Shown: in pieces, positions 1 through 7,845 of the stretch
How the letters are laid out: every line of letters begins with the position of its first letter
How positions within the stretch are numbered: the first letter of the stretch is position 1
Source of the DNA: an uncultured archaeon
GTDB lineage: Archaea > Iainarchaeota > Iainarchaeia > Iainarchaeales > 0-14-0-20-30-16
Reading direction: 5' to 3'
Assembly (NCBI GenBank): GCA_964595665.1
Contig: CAZQQS010000006.1
Coordinates: 1 to 30,326, forward strand
DNA: 30,326 nt
The notes under the pieces: model-generated
What the model was told of the DNA's origin: nothing
Databases searched by the model: none
What the model saw: the letters and a program-made list of their open reading frames with translations, nothing else
Made by a program: the position numbers and the translations under genes

Positions 1-33
1 ATAGATTATGAGTATTTTTCTGCAAAAGCTAAA

Positions 34-2958
34 ATGAATTCATTTAATTTTGTTATTCCTTTGGCGTTTTACAATAAATTATCTGAAAGTCAAAGAAATG
101 AATTTATATTAATTTTAAATAATTATTTAATTTTAGATTTAAATTATGATGAAATTAATATTAGACAAAAAAATTTATCTGTAGATTTGGAATTATTCTT
201 TAAAAATAATGGAGAATTATTATTAGAAAAACCTTTTTATCAAGATAGTATTCTTTTTTCTGAAGAGTTTTTAGATGAAAAAACTTTTAAAGAATGGACT
301 CAATTATTTAAAGAAAATAGTGTTGCTAAAGATTTATTTAAAGATAAGTTATTACAAAATGAAGTGGAATTATCTATAAAATTATTTAATGAAGAATTTA
401 TACAAAATAAGGATGCGATATTAATTTTTAATTCAAATAAAGATTTAGAAAATGTGTGCATAGATTTACATTCAAAATATAGTTATATATCGACTTTAGC
501 TTGTGATGTTTATTTGACAAAAGATGAAAATATATTTATAAATTGGTTGCCTAAAAAAACAGGTACATATATATTGAAGATTTCCAAAGATGAGAATGTA
601 TATTATTCAAAAGAAATTGTGGTTAAAACTAAAAAACCAATTTATGTTAAAGATAATAATAGATCTGAGCTTTTTAATAAATATCCTTGGCCTGATAAAA
701 TTGTTGTTGGTTTAAGTCCAAATAAACCCAAAGTAGTTATTGAAAAATATGTTGTTAATACGAATTTATTGCAGAAAGATTTGGATGAAATAGTTGATGC
801 TATTTTGCCTACAAAATATTTAGTTAATGGATCTGTAAAATATTCTGAATCTGAATATATCAAAATTGAATTATTAGATCCAGATTTGGACAATAGTGAG
901 TTTGGTAATAATCCGTATATAATTAGAATAACTTTAGATTATACTGAATATTTTAAATCTAAAAAAGAATTGTTTGTTACTATAGATAAAAATATTCAAA
1001 TTGATTATGGTGTTTTTTATGGGGGTTTGTCTCCTGAAATTAATTTAATTGTGAATTTGGTAGATTCTGGATTAATTCTATATACTAATAATGAATTAAC
1101 GGATTTAATAAAAAATTATGCTTTTACAAGAGGTTGGGATTATTTGTTGGTTTCGAAAATCCCAGAAATTAATGTTGATAGCTATGAGCTTAAAGAATTT
1201 AACTATAGAGAAGTAATGAATTTGAAATCAAAAAATAATTTAGATTATAATGTTAAACCAGATATGGCATATGTTGGTTTGGAAGTAAGTTATTTAGATA
1301 ATTTAAAATTAATTTCTGCAGAGATTGGTTTATTAACTGCTTTAACATTATCCGAATATAATTTAAGATTATACGGCATTCCAGCAATTAATAATTTCCC
1401 ATTAAGAGTAAATATTGAATATTTATCTAATATTCCTTTAGTTAAGTCAGAACTGATAGAGTTAAGGAAAAAAGTTCAAGATTATTATATTAAAAATAAA
1501 TTCAATTATTTATTAATTGTTGCTGATGATTCTGAAATTCCTATGTTAGATGAATATGGGTTACTGCCTATTAATATCGTTGGAAAGCAACATAATCAAA
1601 TTTTAGATAATCTATTTTTTGGTAATATGAATGAAGATGTTTTTGTTGAATTAATTGTAGGACGATTACCTAGTTCTAATTATAATTATGTAAAAACTTA
1701 TTTTAATCAAGATACATTTTATTTTAAACCAAAAGATTTTAGATTTAAAACGTTATATTTTGAGGATAAAGGTAAAAGTAAAGCATTTGAGTTTGCTAAT
1801 GATTTCAAATTCAGATTTGCATTTACTACGACTTGGCCAAAATATTTTTTAGATTTAGAATCGGAAAACGAAATATCAGAAGTATTAGCAAATTCCGAAT
1901 ATTTGGAAATTAATTCACATGGTTATGATATTGGTTTTTTAACCCCGTATTCTAAAAGTGGTAAAATTGGGGATTTGCAGGATCAAATAATATATAGTAA
2001 GGATTTGTTAAATTTAGAGGAATATATTTTAAAAAAACAATTGTCTGATGAATTAAATAAAGCTTATTTAGATTTATTATTCTATACTATAGAAGATTTT
2101 CCTAAAATTAACAAGCAGCCTATAATAGTTGGGACATCTTGTTTTTTAGCACAGAGCTTCGGTAAACAAATATTACTTAAAAATGTTAAAAATTTTATTG
2201 GTTCTTATGACCCTGCAACACTATATTTTGATTTAAATCCAAATACTTATAATAAAAATAAGATTACTGTTGGGGAATTATTTTTGGATTATGTTAATGC
2301 AGTATATTTAAATAGAGAACATTCTGTAGAATTGGTGTTATATGGTGATCCTACGAGTTTGATTTATCCAAATAATATGTTTGAAAATGTAGTTTATGAA
2401 TTTAAAGACAAAAATTTAATTTTAAAATATCCTGCAAGTAAGTTGGATAATTTATTAACGTCTTTAAGTAAAGAAGAAATAGATTTATTTAGATATAAAG
2501 ATGTGGAAAAAATTAATTTTAGTTTGGACTATATTCCTTTTTGTCCTTTTATTGATGAAAATAGTATGATTCCTGTAGATGTAATGTCAACTGAGGATGT
2601 TTCTTTAATTACTTTGATTAAAACTAATGATAAAAATTATTATTTATTTAATGGTTGTAATGATCGTGATTTAGAGTTCTTTTTGAGTATAACCCCAAAT
2701 AAACTATTTATTGGATCTAACAAAACATTTTTTACAAATAGTTATAAGGATGATTTAAACTATAATACGCTAAGTAATTTTATAAAATCTAAACCAAAAA
2801 TATATGTGAGAGCACAAAATTCCAATGCTGAATTTATACCTGTAGATTATGCTAATTACTATGATAATAAAATAGATATTCATTTATCTTATTATGAATG
2901 GTTTAAATTAGTAATACAAGGTGCTGAACAAACAGGTTATGAAATTTTATTATCTTAA
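34..2958 (+). CDS. Large multidomain protein with a clan-CD / peptidase C25 (gingipain)-like cysteine peptidase core; possibly 5'-truncated by the window edge
   Basis: 974-aa ORF from the first ATG. The same frame is open from nt 1 (IDYEYFSAKAK precedes the Met), so the true start may lie upstream. aa ~495-710 read like the C25 fold: YLLIVADDSEIPM, ELIVGRLPSS, a His-Gly dyad INSHGYD (His codon 1918-1920), then IIVGTSCF (Cys codon 2140-2142). His precedes Cys, as in clan CD. No signal peptide in the visible N-terminus. The family call is from motif memory, not a search. Confidence 0.55.
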   Translation: MNSFNFVIPLAFYNKLSESQRNEFILILNNYLILDLNYDEINIRQKNLSVDLELFFKNNGELLLEKPFYQDSILFSEEFLDEKTFKEWTQLFKENSVAKDLFKDKLLQNEVELSIKLFNEEFIQNKDAILIFNSNKDLENVCIDLHSKYSYISTLACDVYLTKDENIFINWLPKKTGTYILKISKDENVYYSKEIVVKTKKPIYVKDNNRSELFNKYPWPDKIVVGLSPNKPKVVIEKYVVNTNLLQKDLDEIVDAILPTKYLVNGSVKYSESEYIKIELLDPDLDNSEFGNNPYIIRITLDYTEYFKSKKELFVTIDKNIQIDYGVFYGGLSPEINLIVNLVDSGLILYTNNELTDLIKNYAFTRGWDYLLVSKIPEINVDSYELKEFNYREVMNLKSKNNLDYNVKPDMAYVGLEVSYLDNLKLISAEIGLLTALTLSEYNLRLYGIPAINNFPLRVNIEYLSNIPLVKSELIELRKKVQDYYIKNKFNYLLIVADDSEIPMLDEYGLLPINIVGKQHNQILDNLFFGNMNEDVFVELIVGRLPSSNYNYVKTYFNQDTFYFKPKDFRFKTLYFEDKGKSKAFEFANDFKFRFAFTTTWPKYFLDLESENEISEVLANSEYLEINSHGYDIGFLTPYSKSGKIGDLQDQIIYSKDLLNLEEYILKKQLSDELNKAYLDLLFYTIEDFPKINKQPIIVGTSCFLAQSFGKQILLKNVKNFIGSYDPATLYFDLNPNTYNKNKITVGELFLDYVNAVYLNREHSVELVLYGDPTSLIYPNNMFENVVYEFKDKNLILKYPASKLDNLLTSLSKEEIDLFRYKDVEKINFSLDYIPFCPFIDENSMIPVDVMSTEDVSLITLIKTNDKNYYLFNGCNDRDLEFFLSITPNKLFIGSNKTFFTNSYKDDLNYNTLSNFIKSKPKIYVRAQNSNAEFIPVDYANYYDNKIDIHLSYYEWFKLVIQGAEQTGYEILLS

Positions 2959-2964
2959 GTTTAA

Positions 2965-4194
2965 TTATTTCTTTTTTTGAATAATTATTTTTACTAATCT
3001 TGGTTTACCTTTAAATAATTTATTTATTTTAAATTTTAAGCCATATCTTATTAATTCTTTATTTGGCAAGAATTCTACTTTGTCTAAAAGAAAATCATGT
3101 AAGGTTAAACTATTGTATCTTTCAGGGATTTTGTTTTCCAAATGATAGTTTAATTTTCCCATTTTAGTATTAATATGTGCAATTAAAATATTTTTATTTA
3201 TAATTTTGGGTTCTAAAGAAGTTATATCGTTTTCATCGTAGATTTCACCAAACACATCTTCCAATAAATCTTCTAATGTTACTATTCCTAAAAATGTATT
3301 TTTATCGTTTTTTATTCCAACAATATGAATTCCATTGTCTTGCATAATTTCTAATAAATGATCTAACTTTGTTTTTTCTTTTATAAATAATAAATCTCTT
3401 TTAATATCTTTTAATTTTGCAGCTTTATTCTCAACATTTTTTAATATGTCTTGAACATGTACAAAACCTAAGATTTCTTTTGTATAATCATCATATAATG
3501 GAATTCTAGAAAAACCATTTTTATTTATATCATCTAATACTTCTGAAATTGTAGATTCATTTGGAAGCATAAATAGATTCTCTTTTTTAGTCATAATTTC
3601 TGTTACTAATGTATCATCTAAATCTATAATATTTTCAATTATTTCTCGCTCATTTCTATCAATAACTCTTTTTTCTGAGCCTAATCGTAATATAGAGATT
3701 ATTTCTTCTTCAGTTAAATTATGATTTTTTCTTTGTTTTTTTAATATTTTTAAAAATAAATTTGTTAAAAATTCAAATATTTTAACAATAGGATATAATA
3801 TTTTTTCTAAAATGTACAATGGATAGGCGTACCACAAAATTAGACTTTCATAATAACTAGTTGCGAAAGTTTTTGGTAATATTTCTCCAAAAACCAATAT
3901 TATAAAAGTCATTATTCCTACTGCAATTCCTGCACCAATGTTTCCAAATAAATCTATAGAAATGGCTGTTGCAATTGCACTCGCACTAATATTAACTATA
4001 TTATTACCAATTAAAATACAAATCAAATATTTTTCACTTTGTTTTTTCATATCTCGCAATAATTCTGCACCATTATATTTTTTTTTAATATATGTATTAA
4101 TTTTATGTTCTGTAATTAGCATTAAAGAAGTTTCAGCGGATGAAAAAAATCCTGAAAGTAATATGAGTATTAACAACCCAAAAATGGTAAACAT
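2965..4194 (-). CDS. CNNM/CorB-family divalent-cation (Mg2+/Co2+) transporter: DUF21 membrane domain + CBS pair + CorC_HlyC-like C-terminus
   Basis: 409-aa ORF with an ATG start. The N-terminus MFTIFGLLILILLSGFFSSAETSLM is the classic DUF21/CNNM start, followed by several TM helices. CBS-pair region: TEIMTKKENLFML..GFSRIPLYDD..GFVHVQDIL and IHIVGIKNDKNTFLGIVTLEDLLEDVFGEIYDE (compare the canonical vvDEyGgt.GlvTlEDilEeivGeI.DE). The last ~80 aa are CorC_HlyC-like. Confidence 0.85.
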   Translation of the reverse strand: MFTIFGLLILILLSGFFSSAETSLMLITEHKINTYIKKKYNGAELLRDMKKQSEKYLICILIGNNIVNISASAIATAISIDLFGNIGAGIAVGIMTFIILVFGEILPKTFATSYYESLILWYAYPLYILEKILYPIVKIFEFLTNLFLKILKKQRKNHNLTEEEIISILRLGSEKRVIDRNEREIIENIIDLDDTLVTEIMTKKENLFMLPNESTISEVLDDINKNGFSRIPLYDDYTKEILGFVHVQDILKNVENKAAKLKDIKRDLLFIKEKTKLDHLLEIMQDNGIHIVGIKNDKNTFLGIVTLEDLLEDVFGEIYDENDITSLEPKIINKNILIAHINTKMGKLNYHLENKIPERYNSLTLHDFLLDKVEFLPNKELIRYGLKFKINKLFKGKPRLVKIIIQKKK

Positions 4195-4225
4195 ATTTTA
4201 ATCAGATATAATTATATCAAAAAGC

Positions 4226-4235
4226 TTTATAAATA
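4226..4235 (+). promoter_or_regulatory. TATA-like box (tttataaata) for the leaderless membrane-protein gene at 4254; may also serve the divergent CNNM gene
   Basis: Lies in a 59-nt divergent spacer, with the box centre ~24 nt upstream of ATG 4254. The identical 10-mer recurs at 11848-11857. Confidence 0.4.
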
Positions 4236-4253
4236 CTTATTTTATATTTGATT

Positions 4254-4877
4254 ATGGCAGATATTAATGCATTATTAGCTAATCCAAACATATTGGAATT
4301 TATAGTATCATTAAAACCCTTATTATTATTTATTGCTGGAATTGTGATTTATTCTATATTTGTATTTAAATTTTATAGGTTTGTTGCGAGAAAGAATATT
4401 TTTAATTTAAATTTGGGGCAATATAATAATCAAGAACCAGGTTTTCTTAAAATTTTATTTGCAAGTTTATTATATGTTTTAGAATATGTATTATTATTTC
4501 CTTTATTTGTGTTTTTTTGGTTTTTGGTTTTTGTAGTATTATTGACTATATTATCTAAAACTTTGGATGTTGGGACTATCTTATTATTGGCAATGGCATT
4601 ATTAGCATCTATAAGAATTACAGCTTATTTTTCAGAAGATTTATCAAAAGATTTGGCAAAATTAATCCCTTTTGTTTTATTAGGTAATTTTTTAATTGAG
4701 ATTTCATTTTTCTCTTTTGATGCATCTTTAACATTATTAAAAAGTATTCCTGATTATTGGCAAACAATTTTATTCTATTTTGTATTTGTAATAATAATGG
4801 AATTTATTTTGAGAATGATTTATTTTACTACGTTAATTTTTAATCCTAAGAAAGTAAATGAAAATGTTAAAGAATAA
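4254..4877 (+). CDS. Integral membrane protein, unknown function
   Basis: The ORF track starts at a TTG (4248). The first ATG is 4254 (MADINALL...), 28 nt downstream of the start of a TATA-like box (4226-4235), so I prefer 4254. At least four long hydrophobic segments (LLLFIAGIVIYSIFVF, LLFPLFVFFWFLVFVVLLTIL, ILLLAMALLASI, ILFYFVFVIIMEFIL). No family recognised. Confidence 0.6.
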   Translation: MADINALLANPNILEFIVSLKPLLLFIAGIVIYSIFVFKFYRFVARKNIFNLNLGQYNNQEPGFLKILFASLLYVLEYVLLFPLFVFFWFLVFVVLLTILSKTLDVGTILLLAMALLASIRITAYFSEDLSKDLAKLIPFVLLGNFLIEISFFSFDASLTLLKSIPDYWQTILFYFVFVIIMEFILRMIYFTTLIFNPKKVNENVKE

Positions 4878-5474
4878 TTATTTTAAATAATATTCAATTA
4901 TTTTTATCTTTTTAATTTTAATATGGATTATTAATAATATTGCACCTAAAAAAGATCCTAAAATATTCATAATTATATCCCATATTGAATCTAAACCTTC
5001 TTGAAGTAAATTTGTTCCTAAAAGGATATCAAAACTAGCTTCTACTAATTCCCAAAAAGATTCTATAAATAATACGAAAAATATGCCATATATTATTACT
5101 AAGAATAAATTATCTTTTATTTTAGAAAACTTTTTGCAAATATATATTCTCGAAACTCCTAAAATAAAGAATATAATTCCAGTTAGGAAATGAATCATCT
5201 TGTCCAAACCTAAATTTAAATAATATAATTGAAATACTTCCCCTAGGAATATTCCAAATAAAATTAAGAAATAATAAATTAAAACATATTTGTAATGGAT
5301 ATTTATTCTTAATTTATAGATTATGTTTGGTAAAAATATTAATGGCAAGCCACATAAATTAACTATAAATGAAAATAGGTTTTGGGTAACTATTGAAAAA
5401 ACGAATCCTATAACAAATAACGTTAAAAAAAATGCTTTAAACAAATTATCTTGTTTTTTTGAGAATTTATCCAT
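4878..5474 (-). CDS. Integral membrane protein, tentatively DUF2238/YjdF-like
   Basis: 198-aa ORF with an ATG start and 5-6 hydrophobic helices. LDKMIHFLTGIIF and WELVEASFD..DSIWDIIMNILGSFLGA resemble, from memory, signature stretches of DUF2238 proteins; this family call is unverified. Its stop codon directly abuts the stop of the convergent gene (4877/4878). Confidence 0.55.
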   Translation of the reverse strand: MDKFSKKQDNLFKAFFLTLFVIGFVFSIVTQNLFSFIVNLCGLPLIFLPNIIYKLRINIHYKYVLIYYFLILFGIFLGEVFQLYYLNLGLDKMIHFLTGIIFFILGVSRIYICKKFSKIKDNLFLVIIYGIFFVLFIESFWELVEASFDILLGTNLLQEGLDSIWDIIMNILGSFLGAILLIIHIKIKKIKIIEYYLK

Positions 5475-5495
5475 TAAAATATAGTTATTAGTAAA

Positions 5496-5507
5496 GTATA
5501 TATAAGT
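5496..5507 (-). promoter_or_regulatory. TATA-like box (acttatatatac on the minus strand) for the gene starting at 5474
   Basis: Centre is 27 nt upstream of the minus-strand ATG (5474-5472). No SD. Confidence 0.4.
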
Positions 5508-5510
5508 TAG

Positions 5511-5520
5511 TTTTATAAAA
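5511..5520 (+). promoter_or_regulatory. TATA-like box (ttttataaaa) for the YkgJ-family gene
   Basis: Centre is ~25 nt upstream of ATG 5541. No SD. Confidence 0.45.
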
Positions 5521-5540
5521 AGAATAATGTAATATCATTT

Positions 5541-6098
5541 ATGGCTAATTTATGTAATGGTTGTGATTTATGCTGTAGAAAGTATAAAATCTATTTATTT
5601 CCTAATGAAGCAAAAACTATTGCTAGAAAGCTAAAGATTAATTACAAAGACTTTGTTGAAAAGTATTTGGATTATTATATTGAACTATTTCCATATGTGG
5701 AGTCAAATTCTGATTATTTTGTAATAGAATATAATAATAAGAAATATTTGGCATTTATAACTCTGGCTTTAAAACAAAAAGATGGTTGTGTATTTTTAAA
5801 GAATAAAGCTTGTTTGATATATGATAAACGACCTTTAATTTGCAGATTGTTTCCAGATTTTAAGTTTTATAATGAAGAATTTGATTTCTGTAAGTTAGAT
5901 AAAATTGAAAGAAAAATTGAGAATCCAAGGCAATTTTACCCAGTTTTAGCAAATTATCAGAAAGAACTTAAACATAATTACCTTGAAGATGTTTGGAAAT
6001 ATTTGCCAAAATTAAATGAAAAGAATATTTATTTTGTTTTGGATGGCAAACAAATTTTAAATAATAATTTTTTAGAGGATTTGAAAGCTATTTTATAA
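5541..6098 (+). CDS. YkgJ-family cysteine-cluster protein (CxxCxxCC zinc/iron-chelating domain, UPF0153)
   Basis: 185-aa ORF. The N-terminal CNGCDLCC (aa 5-12) is the CxxCxxCC signature. The second half-site is DGCVFLKNKACLIYDKRPLICRLFP (C..C.iY..RP..CR.fP pattern). A TATA-like box at 5511-5520 is centred ~25 nt upstream of the ATG. Confidence 0.85.
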   Translation: MANLCNGCDLCCRKYKIYLFPNEAKTIARKLKINYKDFVEKYLDYYIELFPYVESNSDYFVIEYNNKKYLAFITLALKQKDGCVFLKNKACLIYDKRPLICRLFPDFKFYNEEFDFCKLDKIERKIENPRQFYPVLANYQKELKHNYLEDVWKYLPKLNEKNIYFVLDGKQILNNNFLEDLKAIL

Positions 6099-6130
6099 AT
6101 ACTTTAGAATATATTTATATATTGATAATT

Positions 6131-6220
6131 ATGAATTCAGAAGAAATTGATAATTTGGTTTTAGAAAGAGAAAAACTAAGGCAAAGGCATTTAAGTGCAT
6201 TAAGACGAAAACCAAAATAA
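6131..6220 (+). CDS. Hypothetical 29-aa micro-ORF (MNSEEIDNLVLEREKLRQRHLSALRRKPK), possible leaderless first cistron ahead of aspS
   Basis: ATG...TAA ORF not in the supplied track (too short). It is preceded by an AT-only TATA-like stretch (6104-6121). The downstream aspS has an AGGTGA SD, which implies aspS is translated from inside a longer transcript. No homology recognised, so it could be a non-coding 5' leader. Confidence 0.25.
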   Translation: MNSEEIDNLVLEREKLRQRHLSALRRKPK

Positions 6221-6234
6221 GTTATAATTAATTT

Positions 6235-6240
6235 AGGTGA
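6235..6240 (+). promoter_or_regulatory. Shine-Dalgarno AGGTGA for aspS
   Basis: AGGTGA lies 4 nt before ATG 6245 and is complementary to the conserved 16S 3' end (..TCACCT..). Confidence 0.6.
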
Positions 6241-6244
6241 TGTT

Positions 6245-7798
6245 ATGAATTATACTATAAAAGAAATTATTGATAAAAAAGAAAATTTAGATAAAGAAGT
6301 AATATTAAATGGTTGGGTAAATAATTTACGTTTATTAGGAAAAATTGGATTTATAGAATTAAGAGATTTATCTCATAAAATTCAAGTTGTTTTAACTAGT
6401 CCTGAATTAAATGAACAAGCAAAAAAATTAACTATCGAATCTTGTATTACTTGTAAAGGTATTTTGAAACATAAGAAAGATGATTCTACAAAGTATGAAT
6501 TACAATTAAAAGAATTAATTATAAATTCTATTGCAACTAATTTACCATTTACAAATGCAAATATAGAAGAATTAAAACCAACAGAAGAAACAACTCAAAA
6601 ATATAGATATTTATATTTAAGAACTGAAAATGCACAAAAAAATATTATTTTAAGATCTAAAGTAACAAGAATAATTAGAGATTATTTATATAGTTTAGAT
6701 TTTAATGAAATTGAAACTCCTATATTAGGAAAAAGTACCCCGGAAGGCGCAAGAGATTATTTAGTTCCTTCACGAGTAAATAATGGTAAATTTTTTGCTT
6801 TGCCACAAAGTCCTCAATTATATAAACAAATTTTAATGGTTTCTGGATTTAATAGATATTTTCAAATTGCAAAATGTTTTAGAGATGAAGATTTAAGAGC
6901 AGATAGACAACCAGAATTTACTCAATTAGATATGGAAATGTCTTTTGTTAAAGAAGAAGATTTAATGCAAATAATTGAAGGAATATTAAGTAAAATTTGG
7001 AAAGATATTAAAGGAATAGATTTACAGATACCATTTACAAAAATGACTTATGATTATGCATTAAAGAAATATGGTTCTGATAAACCAGATCTAAGATATG
7101 GTTTAGAGTTCTCAGAAGACAAAGAAAAAGTATTTTTTAATGTTGAGAAAAATAATTCTATTTTAGAATATTTGGATAATCAAAAAGAAGTAAAGTTTTC
7201 TGAAAAAGGTAATGAATTAATTGTTTATATTGATTTACCTAAAAAGTTTGAATATTCTAAGTATACAAAATTAGGTAATGTTAGAATAGATTTAGCTAAG
7301 ATTTTAGGTTTAAATAAAGGTGAAGATAAATTTTTGTGGGTTTATGATTTCCCTATGTTTGATTATAGTGAAACAGAAAATAGATTTATGTCTATGCATC
7401 ATCCTTTTACTCAACCAAGAGATATTAATATGCCTTTAGAGGCAATGACTAGTAAAGCATATGATGTTGTTTTAAATGGCACAGAGCTTGGAGGAGGAAG
7501 TATAAGAATACATGACTCTGAGATGCAAAAAAAGATATTTGATTTATTAGGTTTAAGCAAAGAAGAAGTTAAAATTAATTTTGGATTCTTCTTAGAAGCT
7601 TTTAGTTCTGGAGTGCCGCCTCACGGAGGAATCGCTTTGGGCTTAGATAGATTAATAATGTTAATTTTGGGTGCTGAATCTATAAGAGATGTAATTGCAT
7701 TCCCTAAAAATAAAGCTGCTGAAGGTTTAATGGAAAGTTCTCCTTCTGAAGTTCCAAAATCCAAATATGAGGAATTAGGTATAATACTTAAAAAATAA
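6245..7798 (+). CDS. aspS: Aspartyl-tRNA synthetase, bacterial type, with shortened insertion (GAD) domain
   Basis: 517-aa ORF. N-terminal OB anticodon-binding domain (NGWVNNLRLLGKIGFIELRD). Motif 1 FNEIETPILGKSTPEGARDYLVPSR, QSPQLYKQ, motif 2 FRDEDLRADRQPEFTQLDMEMSF, MHHPFTQP, motif 3 GGIALGLDRLIMLILGAESIRDVIAFPKN. AGGTGA SD at 6235-6240, 4 nt before the ATG. Confidence 0.95.
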   Translation: MNYTIKEIIDKKENLDKEVILNGWVNNLRLLGKIGFIELRDLSHKIQVVLTSPELNEQAKKLTIESCITCKGILKHKKDDSTKYELQLKELIINSIATNLPFTNANIEELKPTEETTQKYRYLYLRTENAQKNIILRSKVTRIIRDYLYSLDFNEIETPILGKSTPEGARDYLVPSRVNNGKFFALPQSPQLYKQILMVSGFNRYFQIAKCFRDEDLRADRQPEFTQLDMEMSFVKEEDLMQIIEGILSKIWKDIKGIDLQIPFTKMTYDYALKKYGSDKPDLRYGLEFSEDKEKVFFNVEKNNSILEYLDNQKEVKFSEKGNELIVYIDLPKKFEYSKYTKLGNVRIDLAKILGLNKGEDKFLWVYDFPMFDYSETENRFMSMHHPFTQPRDINMPLEAMTSKAYDVVLNGTELGGGSIRIHDSEMQKKIFDLLGLSKEEVKINFGFFLEAFSSGVPPHGGIALGLDRLIMLILGAESIRDVIAFPKNKAAEGLMESSPSEVPKSKYEELGIILKK

Positions 7799-7815
7799 TT
7801 TTAATTTATTGCAAA

Positions 7816-7827
7816 TATTTATATATT
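7816..7827 (+). promoter_or_regulatory. TATA-like box (tatttatatatt) for surface protein gene A
   Basis: Centre is ~25 nt upstream of ATG 7846, in a 47-nt spacer. No SD. Confidence 0.45.
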
Positions 7828-7845
7828 ATAATTAGTATATATACT

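Noticed and set aside
8-37. ATGA-type overlap at 34-37 suggesting an upstream gene ending on the start of ORF1
   Set aside because: That frame has a TAG at 2-4, so the upstream ORF would be only 9 codons (8-37). It is not a real overlapping gene.
642-893. 83-aa minus-strand ORF inside the C25-like gene
   Set aside because: It is entirely antisense to a long, well-supported ORF, has no promoter or SD context, and is low-complexity. Such antisense frames are expected by chance.
3938-4201. 87-aa plus-strand ORF overlapping the CNNM/CorB gene
   Set aside because: It is antisense to the conserved DUF21 domain region. Its hydrophobic content mirrors the TM helices on the other strand, and no independent support exists.
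4205-4218. Perfect 14-nt palindrome gatataattatatc in the divergent CNNM / membrane-protein spacer
   Set aside because: By the same rough estimate used for the 22-mer, several 14-nt palindromes are expected per 30 kb of ~75% AT DNA. It may simply be a TATA-like box for the minus-strand gene and is not individually significant.
4248-4253. TTG start codons used by the ORF track (4248, and likewise 18896 and minus-strand 18812)
   Set aside because: In each case an ATG follows within 2-8 codons (4254, 18911, 18788). Each ATG is better placed relative to a TATA-like box, and for 18911 it reproduces the MGL.. N-terminus of the paralog D. The TTG extensions are probably ORF-caller artefacts.
6099-6244. 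The largest spacer in the window, checked for a tRNA, riboswitch or other structured RNA
   Set aside because: I could find no tRNA-like conserved boxes (no GTTCRA-type T-arm) and no extended GC-supported helices. The region is better explained as promoter, micro-ORF/leader and SD for aspS.
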